From: Cryomorphaceae bacterium BACL11 MAG-121001-bin54
GTDB lineage: Bacteria > Bacteroidota > Bacteroidia > Flavobacteriales > BACL11
DNA: 64,000 bases
Assembly: GCA_905182255.1 (NCBI GenBank)
Contig: CAJJAH010000003.1
Coordinates: forward strand, 28,101 to 92,100
Reading direction: 5' to 3'
Shown here piece after piece: positions 1 through 10,332 of this stretch (position 1 is its first letter; each line of letters starts with the position of its first letter). Below the pieces are notes generated by a model that saw only the letters and a program-made list of their open reading frames with translations, did no database searches and was not told the DNA's origin. A program made the position numbers and the translations under genes.

Positions 1-409
1 TATCTTTAAATTTTAAAAATGGAGTAACAGAATCCGAACCCATGTAAGGAGCAACTGTAACTGAATCAAAGCTCATGTTTTCAAAAAAAGCGCGTGCATA
101 CATTTTAGATGTATTACCTATATCACCTCTTTTAGCATCAGCAATAGTAAAAATATCATTTGGAATATAGGCTAAAGTTTTTTGTAAGCTTTCCCAACCC
201 TTAAATCCCCTACTTTCATAGAAAGCAATATTGGGTTTATAAGCCACACACAAATCCTTAGTGGCATCAATTATTTGCTTATTGAACTCAAAAATAGGAT
301 CTTCCAATTCCAACAAATGTTGTGGAATTTTTTCAATATCCGTATCCAAACCAATACACAAGAAAGACTTTTTCTTCTTAATCTGAAATATGATTTCGTG
401 TCTAGTCAT
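1..409 (-). CDS. pyrF: orotidine 5'-phosphate decarboxylase, N-terminal part (gene runs off the left edge of the window)
   Basis: My own reverse-strand translation from the ATG at 409 gives [32 protein letters not shown]...[19 protein letters not shown], which carries OMP decarboxylase motifs. It is absent from the ORF track because it has no stop in the window. It overlaps the prfA stop by 8 nt. Confidence 0.8.
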   Translation of the reverse strand, partial: MTRHEIIFQIKKKKSFLCIGLDTDIEKIPQHLLELEDPIFEFNKQIIDATKDLCVAYKPNIAFYESRGFKGWESLQKTLAYIPNDIFTIADAKRGDIGNTSKMYARAFFENMSFDSVTVAPYMGSDSVTPFLKFKD

Positions 410-1481
410 TTGCTGAGGAACCCACTTTTAGTTTTTCAGCATTTTCTGCCAATTGTAATTCATCAATAAATTCTTGGATATCACCACCCATAACATTTTG
501 TAAATTATATTTAGTGAGCCCAATTCTATGCTCAGTCACTCTCCCTTGAGGGTAATTATAGGTTCTAATTTTTGCTGATCTATCTCCTGAAGAAACCATA
601 GTTTTTCTATGTTTAGCATCTTCCTCCAATTTTTTCTGCAATTCAATTTCATAAATACGAGAACGCAATACCTTCAATGCTTTATCGTAATTTTTAAGTT
701 GTGATTTCTGATCTTGACATTGTGCAACAACCCCAGTTGGAATATGTGTTAAACGAACTGCCGAATAAGTAGTATTTACCGACTGACCTCCAGGACCAGA
801 AGAACAATAAGTATCCTTACGGATATCAGATGGTAATAATTCTATATCAAATTCCTCAGCTTCAGGCAGTACAATAACAGTAGCCGCTGAAGTATGAACC
901 CTACCTTGTGTTTCTGTTTGCGGAACCCTTTGCACCCTATGCACTCCACTCTCAAACTTCATTTGCCCATAAACATCTTCTCCTGAGATATTGACAATAA
1001 TCTCTTTATAACCTCCTGATGTTCCATCAGCAACATCTACAAGTTCTGTTTTCCAACCTCTTGATTGGGCAAATGCTGTGTACATTCTAAATAAATCACC
1101 AGCAAAAATACTAGCTTCATCCCCACCTGCTCCTGCTCTAATTTCCATAACAGCATTTTTAGCATCAGCAGGCTCCTTTGGTATTAAAAGGACTTTAATT
1201 TCCTCATCCATCTCATCTTTTCTAGGTAAATTTTCATCCAAATCCATTTTAGCCATTTCCTTCATTTCAGGATCATCAGTAGTTGAAATAATCTCTTTTG
1301 CTTCAGCGATATTCCCTACTAAGTCTCTGTATTCTTTATATGCTTTAATAATTGGGTCAAGGTCTTTATATTCCTTACTTAACTGAATAAATATTTTCAT
1401 ATCACTCATTGCATCAGGAGAAGAAATTAATCTTTCCACCTCATTATATCTATCATTAATAGCTGATAATTTATCTAACAT
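402..1481 (-). CDS. prfA: peptide chain release factor 1
   Basis: 359 aa with the GGQ motif ([12 protein letters not shown]) and [17 protein letters not shown], typical of RF1. Confidence 0.95.
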   Translation of the reverse strand: MLDKLSAINDRYNEVERLISSPDAMSDMKIFIQLSKEYKDLDPIIKAYKEYRDLVGNIAEAKEIISTTDDPEMKEMAKMDLDENLPRKDEMDEEIKVLLIPKEPADAKNAVMEIRAGAGGDEASIFAGDLFRMYTAFAQSRGWKTELVDVADGTSGGYKEIIVNISGEDVYGQMKFESGVHRVQRVPQTETQGRVHTSAATVIVLPEAEEFDIELLPSDIRKDTYCSSGPGGQSVNTTYSAVRLTHIPTGVVAQCQDQKSQLKNYDKALKVLRSRIYEIELQKKLEEDAKHRKTMVSSGDRSAKIRTYNYPQGRVTEHRIGLTKYNLQNVMGGDIQEFIDELQLAENAEKLKVGSSAND

Positions 1482-1482
1482 C

Positions 1483-2649
1483 TTAGTATATATAAGTTCC
1501 GAATTCGGAATGAATAGTTAATTTTTTACCTCTAAAAGATTCCACTCTTCCTATAATCTTAGCATTAACATTAAAAGATTCTGAAATAGCAATAATATCT
1601 TCAGCAATTTCCTTAGGAACATATAACTCCATTCTATGTCCCATATTAAATACCTTATACATTTCTTTCCAATCAGTATTGGACTCATCTTGAATCAATT
1701 TAAAAAGAGCTGGTAATTCAAACATATTATCTTTTATTACATGTACATTATCCACAAAATGCAGTACCTTAGTTTGAGCACCACCTGAGCAATGCACAAT
1801 ACCATTAATTTGGGAACGGTACTTATCTAATATCTTTTTAATAATTGGAGCATAAGTTCTAGTTGGTGAAAGCACTAGTTTTCCTGCATTTAAAGGAGAC
1901 CCTTCAACGGCATCTGTTAATTTCTTAGTACCTGAATAAATCAAATCCGTAGGTATTGAAGGATCATAACTTTCAGGATATTTTTCAGCTAATATTTTTG
2001 AAAAAACATCATGACGAGCAGAAGTTAGCCCATTACTTCCCATACCTCCATTGTATTCTGTTTCATAACTTGCAATTCCAGAAGAAGATAATCCAACAAT
2101 AACATTTCCATCTTTTATATTAGCATTATCTATTACATCTGATCTTTTCATTCGAGCAACAACAGTGGAATCAACAATAATAGTACGAACCAAATCTCCA
2201 ACATCTGCAGTTTCACCTCCAGTTGAAATAATATTTACACCATATTTTTTATATTCAGCCAAAAGCTCTTCAGTACCATTTATAATTTCTGAAAGCACTT
2301 CCCCACCTATGACCGATTTATTTCTTCCAATAGTAGAAGAAAGCATAATATTATCTACCGAACCAACACATAATAAATCATCAATATTCATTATAAGTGC
2401 ATCCTGCGCTATTCCTTTCCAAACCAAAGCATCGCCAGTTTCCTTCCAATACATGTAAGCTAATGATGACTTTGTTCCTGCACCATCAGCATGCATTATT
2501 ATACAGTATTCATCATCCCCAGTTAAATAATCAGGGACAATTTTGCAAAATGCAGAAGGAAACAAACCCTTATAAACATTCTTAATTGCATTATGCACAT
2601 CTTCCTTATCAGCTGAAACACCTCTTTGATTATATCTATCTGTTGCCAT
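1483..2649 (-). CDS. AIR synthase-related (PurM-like) protein
   Basis: PurM/AIR-synthase family pattern (DGAGTK, GGETA). I start at MATDRYN (ATG 2649) because the longer ORF-track start merely reads through the A-run of the upstream terminator. Confidence 0.8.
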   Translation of the reverse strand: MATDRYNQRGVSADKEDVHNAIKNVYKGLFPSAFCKIVPDYLTGDDEYCIIMHADGAGTKSSLAYMYWKETGDALVWKGIAQDALIMNIDDLLCVGSVDNIMLSSTIGRNKSVIGGEVLSEIINGTEELLAEYKKYGVNIISTGGETADVGDLVRTIIVDSTVVARMKRSDVIDNANIKDGNVIVGLSSSGIASYETEYNGGMGSNGLTSARHDVFSKILAEKYPESYDPSIPTDLIYSGTKKLTDAVEGSPLNAGKLVLSPTRTYAPIIKKILDKYRSQINGIVHCSGGAQTKVLHFVDNVHVIKDNMFELPALFKLIQDESNTDWKEMYKVFNMGHRMELYVPKEIAEDIIAISESFNVNAKIIGRVESFRGKKLTIHSEFGTYIY

Positions 2650-2655
2650 AATTGT

Positions 2656-2681
2656 AAAAAAAAACATCCTAAAATTAGGAC
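2656..2681 (-). terminator. rho-independent terminator after the OmpA-family gene
   Basis: The minus strand reads GTCCTAA-TT-TTAGGAT followed by a run of 9 T. Confidence 0.5.
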
Positions 2682-2706
2682 GCTTTTCTAATATTTATAT
2701 AATTAG

Positions 2707-4725
2707 TTATTTTTTTTTATCAGCAGCTGTTTCTTCAGTTTTATTAGAAATATAATCTTCTCTTAACACCTTGAAAGATGTTCTTCTATTGTACTGATTT
2801 GCCTTTTCTTTATTCTTTTTAAATCTGATATTCTTAATGTATTTTTCTGTCAATACATCGCCTTCTTTAAGTTTACCATCTTTACTTTCAATTACAAATG
2901 GTTCATTTTCTCCCATACCACGAGCAACTAATTGTCCTGAATCAATTCCTTGACTAATTAAATAAGCTACACAAGCATCTGCTCTTTGTTGAGAAAGTTT
3001 ATTATTTTGAGCGTCAGAACCTATGTAATCAGTATGTGATTTTAATTCAATAACAACATTAAGATTATCTTTTAATGTTTCTGCTAAAAGATCTAAATCC
3101 GCGATTGATTGTGGTCTTAATTCATATTTATTAAAGTCGTATTCAATTCTAGGCAAGATAACTTCTTTTTTTACAGGATCCACAGGAAAATCAATAATAA
3201 ATACTTTATTATTCTCAACACCTAACGTAGTTTCATTTACTGATTTATTTAAATATCCTTCAATATTAACTACAATTTCATAAGAAGTTAATGGCTTTAA
3301 AGTAAACTCGTAAACTCCTGTATTATCTGTTACTACATCATTAGTTGTACCATCGTTTCCAATTAACACTACTTTAACTCCAGTCATTATTCCACCAGTT
3401 TTGGAATCCGTTACAACTCCTTTTAAGGCTAATTTTAATGGAGGTAATTCAAATTGGTAAATATCATCTCCTCCCTTTCCCCCTTCTCTGTTAGAGGTTA
3501 AATAACCTCTTTCTCCATCTTTTTCAATAATCATACTGAAATCATCAGCTGAAGAATTAACGGGAGATTTTAAATTGACAGGTAAAGTATAGGCTCCATT
3601 TTCATCTTGTGAAGTTTTATAAATATCTAACCCTCCCATACTAACATGTCCATTTGATGAAAAATATATAGTTCCATCTTTATGTAAGAAAGGAAACATT
3701 TCATCACCAGGCGTATTTACCATAGGCCCTAAATTTACAGGATCACTCCATGTATTTCTTTTACCCTTAACAGAAATCCATAAATCCTTTCCACCATACC
3801 CACCAGACAAATCTGATGAAAAAATTAAAATTGTTTCATCTTCACTCAAAGTAGGGTGCCCAATACTTGTAGTACTATCAACTTTAATTTGTAACAACTG
3901 AGGAGCTCCCCATAATTTACCTTTACGCTTAGAGACATAAATTCCACAACCCAATGTTTTTTTCTTTTCTTTCTTACATTGTGTTAAATACATAACTGTA
4001 CCTCTCTTATTAACATAAACTGAACCCTCATTGTCATCAGTATTTATTGGCTCAGACACAACAACTGGAACACTCCAATTACCTTTTTTATTAATTTTAG
4101 TAAAATAAACATCTGTAAAAGGCTCACCTGTTCTATCATCCTTTTTATCGGTAAATCCTCCAACTCTAGAAGATGTAAAGTACATTTCAGTATATTCACC
4201 ATTTCCAAAAGCAGGTGAGAAATCACTATTTCTAGAATTCACTAAAGGCATGAGATCAACCTTGTAACGTGTTGGCAGGCTTTTCCATTTTAAAGCAAAC
4301 TCACATGATTTTAAACCCATTTCACCATTTACATCATTTGGGTTTAACTCTATATATTTTTCGTATTGAATTTTCGCTTCAGCCAAATCATCTTGCATCC
4401 TTAAAACATCAGCGTATCGTAAATACGCAATAACATCAGGATATTTTGCTTTAATTGCTCTCTTGTAATAGCTTTCAGCCCTCTTAATATTTCCTGACAT
4501 ACGGAAACATTCAGCCTGCTTGAAAATAATTTCAGCTTTAATAGCTCTAATTTTAGTTTTTTGGTAGGCCTTTTTATATAATTCGGCCGCCTTTACATAT
4601 TGTTCAAGGTTAAAAGCCTTGTCAGCTTTTAACATTTTTCTACTTTTTTTCTGGGCATAAACCTCAGTATTGGCTAGAGAAAATAGAAAAATTAATATTG
4701 CAAATAAGCGTAAAATTCTTTTCAT
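2707..4725 (-). CDS. OmpA-family outer membrane protein (TPR + TolB-like beta-propeller + CarboxypepD_reg-like + OmpA C-terminal domain)
   Basis: 672 aa with a signal peptide and TPR-like N-terminal region. It has repeated PD40-like segments (FSPAF..., YFTSSR, LIFSSDL, IYFSSN). The C-terminal part (YDFNKYELRPQS...LSQQRADACVAYL...GMGENEP) is OmpA-like. Confidence 0.85.
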   Translation of the reverse strand: MKRILRLFAILIFLFSLANTEVYAQKKSRKMLKADKAFNLEQYVKAAELYKKAYQKTKIRAIKAEIIFKQAECFRMSGNIKRAESYYKRAIKAKYPDVIAYLRYADVLRMQDDLAEAKIQYEKYIELNPNDVNGEMGLKSCEFALKWKSLPTRYKVDLMPLVNSRNSDFSPAFGNGEYTEMYFTSSRVGGFTDKKDDRTGEPFTDVYFTKINKKGNWSVPVVVSEPINTDDNEGSVYVNKRGTVMYLTQCKKEKKKTLGCGIYVSKRKGKLWGAPQLLQIKVDSTTSIGHPTLSEDETILIFSSDLSGGYGGKDLWISVKGKRNTWSDPVNLGPMVNTPGDEMFPFLHKDGTIYFSSNGHVSMGGLDIYKTSQDENGAYTLPVNLKSPVNSSADDFSMIIEKDGERGYLTSNREGGKGGDDIYQFELPPLKLALKGVVTDSKTGGIMTGVKVVLIGNDGTTNDVVTDNTGVYEFTLKPLTSYEIVVNIEGYLNKSVNETTLGVENNKVFIIDFPVDPVKKEVILPRIEYDFNKYELRPQSIADLDLLAETLKDNLNVVIELKSHTDYIGSDAQNNKLSQQRADACVAYLISQGIDSGQLVARGMGENEPFVIESKDGKLKEGDVLTEKYIKNIRFKKNKEKANQYNRRTSFKVLREDYISNKTEETAADKKK

Positions 4726-4820
4726 TTTATTGTATTTAATTTATTGCTAAAATATGAAATAATTTATGAAGTTTTAAAAACCTGAAAATCATGGTTATTA
4801 GCATACTATTGTTAATAGGA

Positions 4821-5828
4821 TTATAACTTAGCTGATTTAACAGTTTTTACAATTCTTCCTGCAATTTTATATGGGTCAGCATTAGAAGCTGGCCTTCTAT
4901 CTTCTAACCATCCCTTCCATCCATTTTCTACAACAATTATAGGAATTCTAATTGATGCCCCTCTATCAGAAATACCGTAAGTAAAATCATTAATAGAAGC
5001 TGTTTCATGTAAACCTGTTAACCTTTGGTCATTATACTCACCATAAACTTCAATATGCTCTTTAGTTAATGGACGAAAAGCCTCACAAATTTTATCGTAA
5101 GTTTCTCTAGAACCACATTCTCTTAGCGTAGTATTAGAAAAATTGGCATGCATACCAGATCCATTCCAATCACCCTTTATTGGCTTTGGGTGATATTCAA
5201 TGTAATAATTATAATCTTCTGTTAATCTATCTAATAAATAACGAGCAATCCAAAGTTCATCACCTGCCTTTTTAGCTCCTTTTGCAAATAATTGGAATTC
5301 CCATTGTCCACAAGCAACTTCCTGGTTAATTCCCTCAAAATTAATTCCTGCATCAATACACAAATCAGCATGTTCTTCAACTAAATCTCTTCCATGTGTG
5401 TTTTTGCCACCTACCGAACAATAATACATGCCTTGTGGGCCGGGGTAACCTCCTAAAGGAAACCCTAAAGGTAATTGAGTGTCTACATCCATAATAAAAT
5501 ATTCTTGTTCAAAACCAAACCAGAAATCATTATCGTTATCATTAATTTGTGCTCTTCCATTCGACTCATGAGCAGTTCCATCAGCATTTAGAACCTCAGT
5601 CATAACCAACCAACCATTTATCCTTGCAGGATCAGGAAAAATAGCTACGGGCTTAAGTAAACAATCAGAAGAATTTCCTACAGCCTGCCTAGTAGAACTC
5701 CCATCAAAAGCCCAGACAGGACATTCCTCTAAAGAGCCATTAAAGTCATCAATTACTTTTGTTTTACTTCTCATATTTTGAGTTGGAGAATAGCCGTCTA
5801 ACCAAATGTATTCTAATTTAGATTTCAT
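4821..5828 (-). CDS. glutamine synthetase, type II-like (short ~335-aa form)
   Basis: MKSKLEYIWLDG...FEQEYF...GSGMHANFS is a GS catalytic-domain pattern. Confidence 0.85.
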   Translation of the reverse strand: MKSKLEYIWLDGYSPTQNMRSKTKVIDDFNGSLEECPVWAFDGSSTRQAVGNSSDCLLKPVAIFPDPARINGWLVMTEVLNADGTAHESNGRAQINDNDNDFWFGFEQEYFIMDVDTQLPLGFPLGGYPGPQGMYYCSVGGKNTHGRDLVEEHADLCIDAGINFEGINQEVACGQWEFQLFAKGAKKAGDELWIARYLLDRLTEDYNYYIEYHPKPIKGDWNGSGMHANFSNTTLRECGSRETYDKICEAFRPLTKEHIEVYGEYNDQRLTGLHETASINDFTYGISDRGASIRIPIIVVENGWKGWLEDRRPASNADPYKIAGRIVKTVKSAKL

Positions 5829-5862
5829 AATTTTATTTATGTGTTTAGGATTATTGATGAGG

Positions 5863-5870
5863 CAAATATA
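5863..5870 (-). promoter_or_regulatory. candidate Bacteroidetes -7 box (TAtaTTTG on minus strand) upstream of the glutamine synthetase gene
   Basis: CAAATATA on the plus strand, about 35 nt upstream of the start codon. No matching -33 TTG was seen. Confidence 0.3.
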
Positions 5871-5954
5871 ATTTAAAAATGAGAAATAAATAAATAAAGT
5901 ATCTCATTGAAAATTAGATTTATCAACAATATGTTAAGCAACAGAAAAAACTAT

Positions 5955-6911
5955 TTAATATAAAGAAAAATAGAGATAAGCTAAATAAATTAATAATAAC
6001 AGGACGCCTTCAGACCTTGATATTTGACGTTTTGAAAATAAATAAATAAATAAACCTAACAAAAATGTAATGACAATCATCCAAACATAATCAAAATATA
6101 GAATTGCAGAATCAGCTATATTCATTTCTTTTACACTAGCAACTACACCTAAAACAAATAAAATATTAAAGATATTTGAGCCAATTAAATTTCCTACAGC
6201 TAAATTATTCTCCTTTTTAAATGCCGCAACAATTGAAGTTACTAACTCAGGAACACTTGTACCAATAGCAACCACAGTAACTGCAATAACTCGTTCAGAG
6301 ATTTCTAATTTCTTAGCTATAACAATAGTTCCCTCAACCAAATAATCGGCTCCAAATTTTAATAAAATAATACCTACAAGTAAGAAGCCTAAACTTTTAA
6401 ACAAAGAATCAGATGAAGTATCTTCAAGCAAAACATCTTCATCATTAGCTAATAACATACTTTCTTTTCTAGATTTACTAATTAACACCCAAGTAAATAA
6501 TAATAATAATACGATAAATAACAACCCCATTTCTTTTGGAATCCCGTTAAAACAGTACATAACAGCACCAAGAGCTAAAGAAGAAAGCAATAAAAAAGGA
6601 TAGTTTAAAGTTGCTGTTTGTTCTGATATTTTTACTCTAAAAATAAGAGCAGTAACGCCAAGCACTAAAGTTATATTTGCAATATTAGAACCAATAATAT
6701 TCCCAAATGCAATATCATTACTTCCATTAAAAACAGCTTGTAAACTCACAAATAGCTCAGGAGCTGAGGTTGCAAAAGAAACAACTGTCATGCCTACAAC
6801 TAATGTAGATATACGTAATTTTAAAGCTAGAGCAACTGAGCCTCTAACCAAAAACTCTCCGCCAAAAAAAAGTAAGAATAAACCTAACAATAAAGCAATA
6901 GCTGGACTCAT
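5955..6911 (-). CDS. calcium/sodium antiporter (CaCA / YrbG family)
   Basis: 318 aa polytopic membrane protein with two alpha-repeats (GTSAPELFVS and GTSVPELVTS). Confidence 0.85.
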   Translation of the reverse strand: MSPAIALLLGLFLLFFGGEFLVRGSVALALKLRISTLVVGMTVVSFATSAPELFVSLQAVFNGSNDIAFGNIIGSNIANITLVLGVTALIFRVKISEQTATLNYPFLLLSSLALGAVMYCFNGIPKEMGLLFIVLLLLFTWVLISKSRKESMLLANDEDVLLEDTSSDSLFKSLGFLLVGIILLKFGADYLVEGTIVIAKKLEISERVIAVTVVAIGTSVPELVTSIVAAFKKENNLAVGNLIGSNIFNILFVLGVVASVKEMNIADSAILYFDYVWMIVITFLLGLFIYLFSKRQISRSEGVLLLLIYLAYLYFSLY

Positions 6912-7111
6912 TACTTTGTTATATCAAGGTCATCCTTGATGCTGTTAGAGCTGTCTCGAATCTCTTTTTTAATATCATTAGAAGCATCTTTTACCTCACG
7001 CATTGCCTTTCCTAAACCTTTAGCTAATTCTGGTATTTTCTTTGAACCAAAAAACATAACTATAAATAATAGTACAATAATAATTTCAGGCCCTCCTATA
7101 AATAATAACAT
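6911..7111 (-). CDS. tatA: twin-arginine translocase subunit TatA/E
   Basis: 66 aa, with one N-terminal TM helix followed by an amphipathic FGSKKIPELAKGLGKAMREVK segment. Confidence 0.85.
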   Translation of the reverse strand: MLLFIGGPEIIIVLLFIVMFFGSKKIPELAKGLGKAMREVKDASNDIKKEIRDSSNSIKDDLDITK

Positions 7112-7115
7112 TGTG

Positions 7116-7123
7116 CAAAAATA
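7116..7123 (-). promoter_or_regulatory. candidate -7 box (TAttTTTG on minus strand) 4 nt upstream of the tatA ATG
   Basis: CAAAAATA on the plus strand. It has the same 4-nt spacing to the ATG as the dapD promoter. No -33 element was seen, because that position falls in the terminator hairpin. Confidence 0.3.
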
Positions 7124-7155
7124 AAAAAAGCCCTCTCAAAAGAAAGGGCTTTTTA
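7121..7155 (-). terminator. rho-independent terminator after secDF
   Basis: AAGCCCT(7128-7134)/AGGGCTT(7145-7151) stem with a T-run on the minus strand (the A-run at 7123-7129 on the plus strand). Confidence 0.6.
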
Positions 7156-7173
7156 ATTAAAATTATAAACTAA

Positions 7174-10170
7174 TTATTTTCTTTTAAGTTTTTCCTCTTT
7201 CTTTTTCATTGTATCCATCATGATAGGAGAAGCAACAAATAATGAAGAGTAAGTACCAACTATAACACCTACCATCAAAGCAAACATGAATCCTCTAATC
7301 ACCTCACCACCAAAAATAAAGATAATTAATAGAACACAAAAAGTAGTTAAGGAAGTATTTATTGTTCTACTTAAAGTACTATTTAGAGCGCCATTAATCA
7401 ATTCGTGAACACCTTTCTTTTTATTATCATTCATATACTCTCTTACACGATCAAAAACAACTACAGTATCATTTAGTGAGTAACCAATAATAGTAAGAAT
7501 AGCAGCAATAAATGCTTGATCAATCTCTAATGAGAAAGGTAAAAATCCGTAAAATATAGAGAATATTGAAAGTACAATTAATACATCATGAAATACTGCA
7601 ACAACAGCACCCAAACTAAATTGCCATTTTCTAAATCTAATTAAAATATACAAAAAGATTACTAATAATGAGAATAAAACTGACCATACAGCTGCATCCT
7701 TAATATCATCAGCAATAGTAGGCCCGACTTTTTGTGAACTCATTATTTCATATTGTAAACCAGTAGTTGACAACCCTTCAGATAATTTTGACTCAACAAT
7801 TAAATCAGTAGCAATTTCATTACTTTCAATCATAAATGAAGTTGTAATTTTAACCTGATTATCATCACCAAAAGTTTTTACTTGAGGAGTGTAATTTAAA
7901 CCATCCGAATCAATAAATACATTTGTTAATTCTGACCTTAAATCTTCATTATTTACTGTGTCATCAAAGCGGACAACATAAGTTCTTCCTCCAACAAAAT
8001 CAACTCCATAATTTAATCCTTTTGTAACTAAAGAACCGATACCTAGTAATAGAATAATTGAAGAAAGAATATAAAATCTTTTACGCTTTCCAATAAAATC
8101 AATATTAATATTTTTAAAAGCACCTTTAGTTAATTTAGTTGAAAACGAGATTGTTTTACTTCTATTTAAACGATAAGAAATAACAAGACGAGTAATAAAT
8201 ATAGCAGCAAAAAGTGAAGTTAAAATACCAATGATTAAAGTAGTAGCAAAACCTTTAATTGGCCCTGTACCAAAAGTGTAAAGAATTATACCCGTTAACA
8301 ATGTAGTTACATTGGCATCTATAATTGAACTGTAAGCATTATTATAACCGTCTTCAATTGCAAGACGCAAACCTTTACCATTACTAAGCTCTTCACGTAT
8401 ACGCTCATAAATAAGCACATTCGCATCTACAGACATACCAATTGTGAGGATAATACCTGCTATTCCAGGCAAAGTAAGTACTGCTCCTAATGAAGAAAGC
8501 ACTCCAAATATGAAGAATATATTTGCTAATAAGGCAATGTTTGAAGCCATACCTGCACCGTTGTAATAGAATATCATATATGCTAATACTAAAAGTAAGG
8601 CAAAAATAAATGATGTTAATCCAGAACTAATTGCCTCTTCACCTAATGAAGGACCAACTATAGCCTCTTCAATAATGCGAGCAGGTGCAGGTAATTTTCC
8701 TGACTTCAAAATATTTGCTAAATCCTTTGCTTCATTAACGGTAAAGTTACCTGTAATTGAAGAGCGACCACCAGCAATTTCAGCTTGCACAGTTGGGTAA
8801 GAGTACACATAACCATCTAAAACAATAGCTACTGATTTCTTAATATTCTCAGCTGTTAATCTTTTCCATTGTTTTGCGCCTTCAGCATTCATTTCCATCG
8901 AGACCTCAGCTGAAGAAGCAAATTGACCAAAAACCTGAACAGCATCAGTTACCACATCTCCTTCCATAGCAGACTTACCGTTTCTATCAGACTTTAAAGC
9001 AACCAATTGTACAAATTTTCCATCAGGATCATATGGCTTAACAGTGTAAGCAAATTTTACATCAACAGGGAAAAATTTTCTAATTGCATCGTCTTTCAAA
9101 TATACATTTAAAGCAGCAGTATCTTTTACAGCACAGAACCCTACAACAGGGCCTGAATTCAATTGATTTTGCTGATCAACATTAGGATATAGCAAAGCAT
9201 ATAATGGATTCTCATTAGCAAACTCCTCAAAACTTAAACTGTTGGCAGAAGTATCAGTCGCTAAAGTATCTGCCTCAATTTCAGCTAATAAATCAGCCGT
9301 TAAGTCTTTAGATTCTTCTTCTAAAGTCTCAATAATATCAACATCTATTGAATCAACTTCAACACTAACGGATTCAACAGTTTCTCTTAAATAAACGTTA
9401 GCGGATTCCAGTCCCTGAAATAATTCACTGTATTCGTAAGTTTCCCAGAATTCTAATTGTGCAGTCGATTGTAATAATTTTCTAGCTCTTTCAGGATCCT
9501 TAATTCCAGGTAATTCAACTAAAATTCTTCCTGCAGTCTCTAACCTTTGGATGTTAGGTTGTGTTACTCCAAAACGATCAATTCTGCTCCTTAATATATT
9601 GAACGAGCGAGAGATTGCATCCTCAACTTCAATTTTCAATACTTCAATAACCTCTAAATTAGTTGAAGAGAACTGTACCTTATCTCTTAAATCAGGTGTG
9701 GAGAAAAGAGCTGACAAACCAGTATTTGCAGCTGGTGCTATTTTTTCATATTCTCTTCCGAATATAGTGACAAAATCATCTTGGCTATTTTCTTGTGCTT
9801 TAAGAGTATTTTTTATAGCTAGATTGAAAGTCTCATCTTTATTCTGATTTGAAAGTGCTTTTACCACATCAATTACCATAACCTCTAAAGTAACATTCAT
9901 TCCACCTTTAAGGTCAAGCCCTAAATTAATCTCTCTTTGCTGACATTCAGCATAAGTGTAAGAAGTTAATACAATGTCATAAACTTCTTCACTAGATATA
10001 GAATCTAAATAGAACTTTTCCTTTATTTCTCTTTCATTTTCATTAAAATCTGCAGCATAAGCTACTGCATCATCTTCAACTCCATTTGCAACCCAAGTAA
10101 ACGACAGCTGGTACAAGCAAACTATTGCGAATACAATTGCGACAATTTTTATAAAATTTCTATTTTGCAT
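7174..10170 (-). CDS. secDF: protein translocase subunit SecDF (fused)
   Basis: 998 aa with two 6-TM bundles and a large periplasmic domain, the fused SecD-SecF architecture typical of Bacteroidetes. Confidence 0.95.
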   Translation of the reverse strand: MQNRNFIKIVAIVFAIVCLYQLSFTWVANGVEDDAVAYAADFNENEREIKEKFYLDSISSEEVYDIVLTSYTYAECQQREINLGLDLKGGMNVTLEVMVIDVVKALSNQNKDETFNLAIKNTLKAQENSQDDFVTIFGREYEKIAPAANTGLSALFSTPDLRDKVQFSSTNLEVIEVLKIEVEDAISRSFNILRSRIDRFGVTQPNIQRLETAGRILVELPGIKDPERARKLLQSTAQLEFWETYEYSELFQGLESANVYLRETVESVSVEVDSIDVDIIETLEEESKDLTADLLAEIEADTLATDTSANSLSFEEFANENPLYALLYPNVDQQNQLNSGPVVGFCAVKDTAALNVYLKDDAIRKFFPVDVKFAYTVKPYDPDGKFVQLVALKSDRNGKSAMEGDVVTDAVQVFGQFASSAEVSMEMNAEGAKQWKRLTAENIKKSVAIVLDGYVYSYPTVQAEIAGGRSSITGNFTVNEAKDLANILKSGKLPAPARIIEEAIVGPSLGEEAISSGLTSFIFALLLVLAYMIFYYNGAGMASNIALLANIFFIFGVLSSLGAVLTLPGIAGIILTIGMSVDANVLIYERIREELSNGKGLRLAIEDGYNNAYSSIIDANVTTLLTGIILYTFGTGPIKGFATTLIIGILTSLFAAIFITRLVISYRLNRSKTISFSTKLTKGAFKNINIDFIGKRKRFYILSSIILLLGIGSLVTKGLNYGVDFVGGRTYVVRFDDTVNNEDLRSELTNVFIDSDGLNYTPQVKTFGDDNQVKITTSFMIESNEIATDLIVESKLSEGLSTTGLQYEIMSSQKVGPTIADDIKDAAVWSVLFSLLVIFLYILIRFRKWQFSLGAVVAVFHDVLIVLSIFSIFYGFLPFSLEIDQAFIAAILTIIGYSLNDTVVVFDRVREYMNDNKKKGVHELINGALNSTLSRTINTSLTTFCVLLIIFIFGGEVIRGFMFALMVGVIVGTYSSLFVASPIMMDTMKKKEEKLKRK

Positions 10171-10204
10171 AATCTTTATTTTTAATCTTATTTTTTAAGG
10201 TCGG

Positions 10205-10235
10205 CAAATATAAACTTTCAAAGCAAATAATACAA
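10205..10235 (-). promoter_or_regulatory. candidate sigma-A promoter for secDF (TTG-N20-TAtaTTTG on minus strand)
   Basis: Plus strand has CAAATATA at 10205-10212 and CAA at 10233-10235. It lies about 34 nt upstream of the ATG. Confidence 0.4.
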
Positions 10236-10332
10236 TTACTAAATAGGAAACTTTAAACTAGAAAACATAAGATAATAATTCATCAAGCTATGTTATTCAA
10301 AAAATATTACGTTTTTTTGTAAAAATTATTTT

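Noticed and set aside
275-469. 64-aa + strand ORF from the ORF track
   Set aside because: It lies antisense across the pyrF start and the prfA stop, both of which have strong family motifs. Its sequence is low-complexity with no signal of its own.
2650-2667. Longer N-termini offered by the ORF track (MFFFTIM... here; similar cases at 28646, 37183, 25155, 45485, 21249)
   Set aside because: The extra codons read through terminator A/T-runs or spacer sequence (poly-Phe or hydrophobic junk). They precede a Met that starts a normal signal peptide or a conserved N-terminus.
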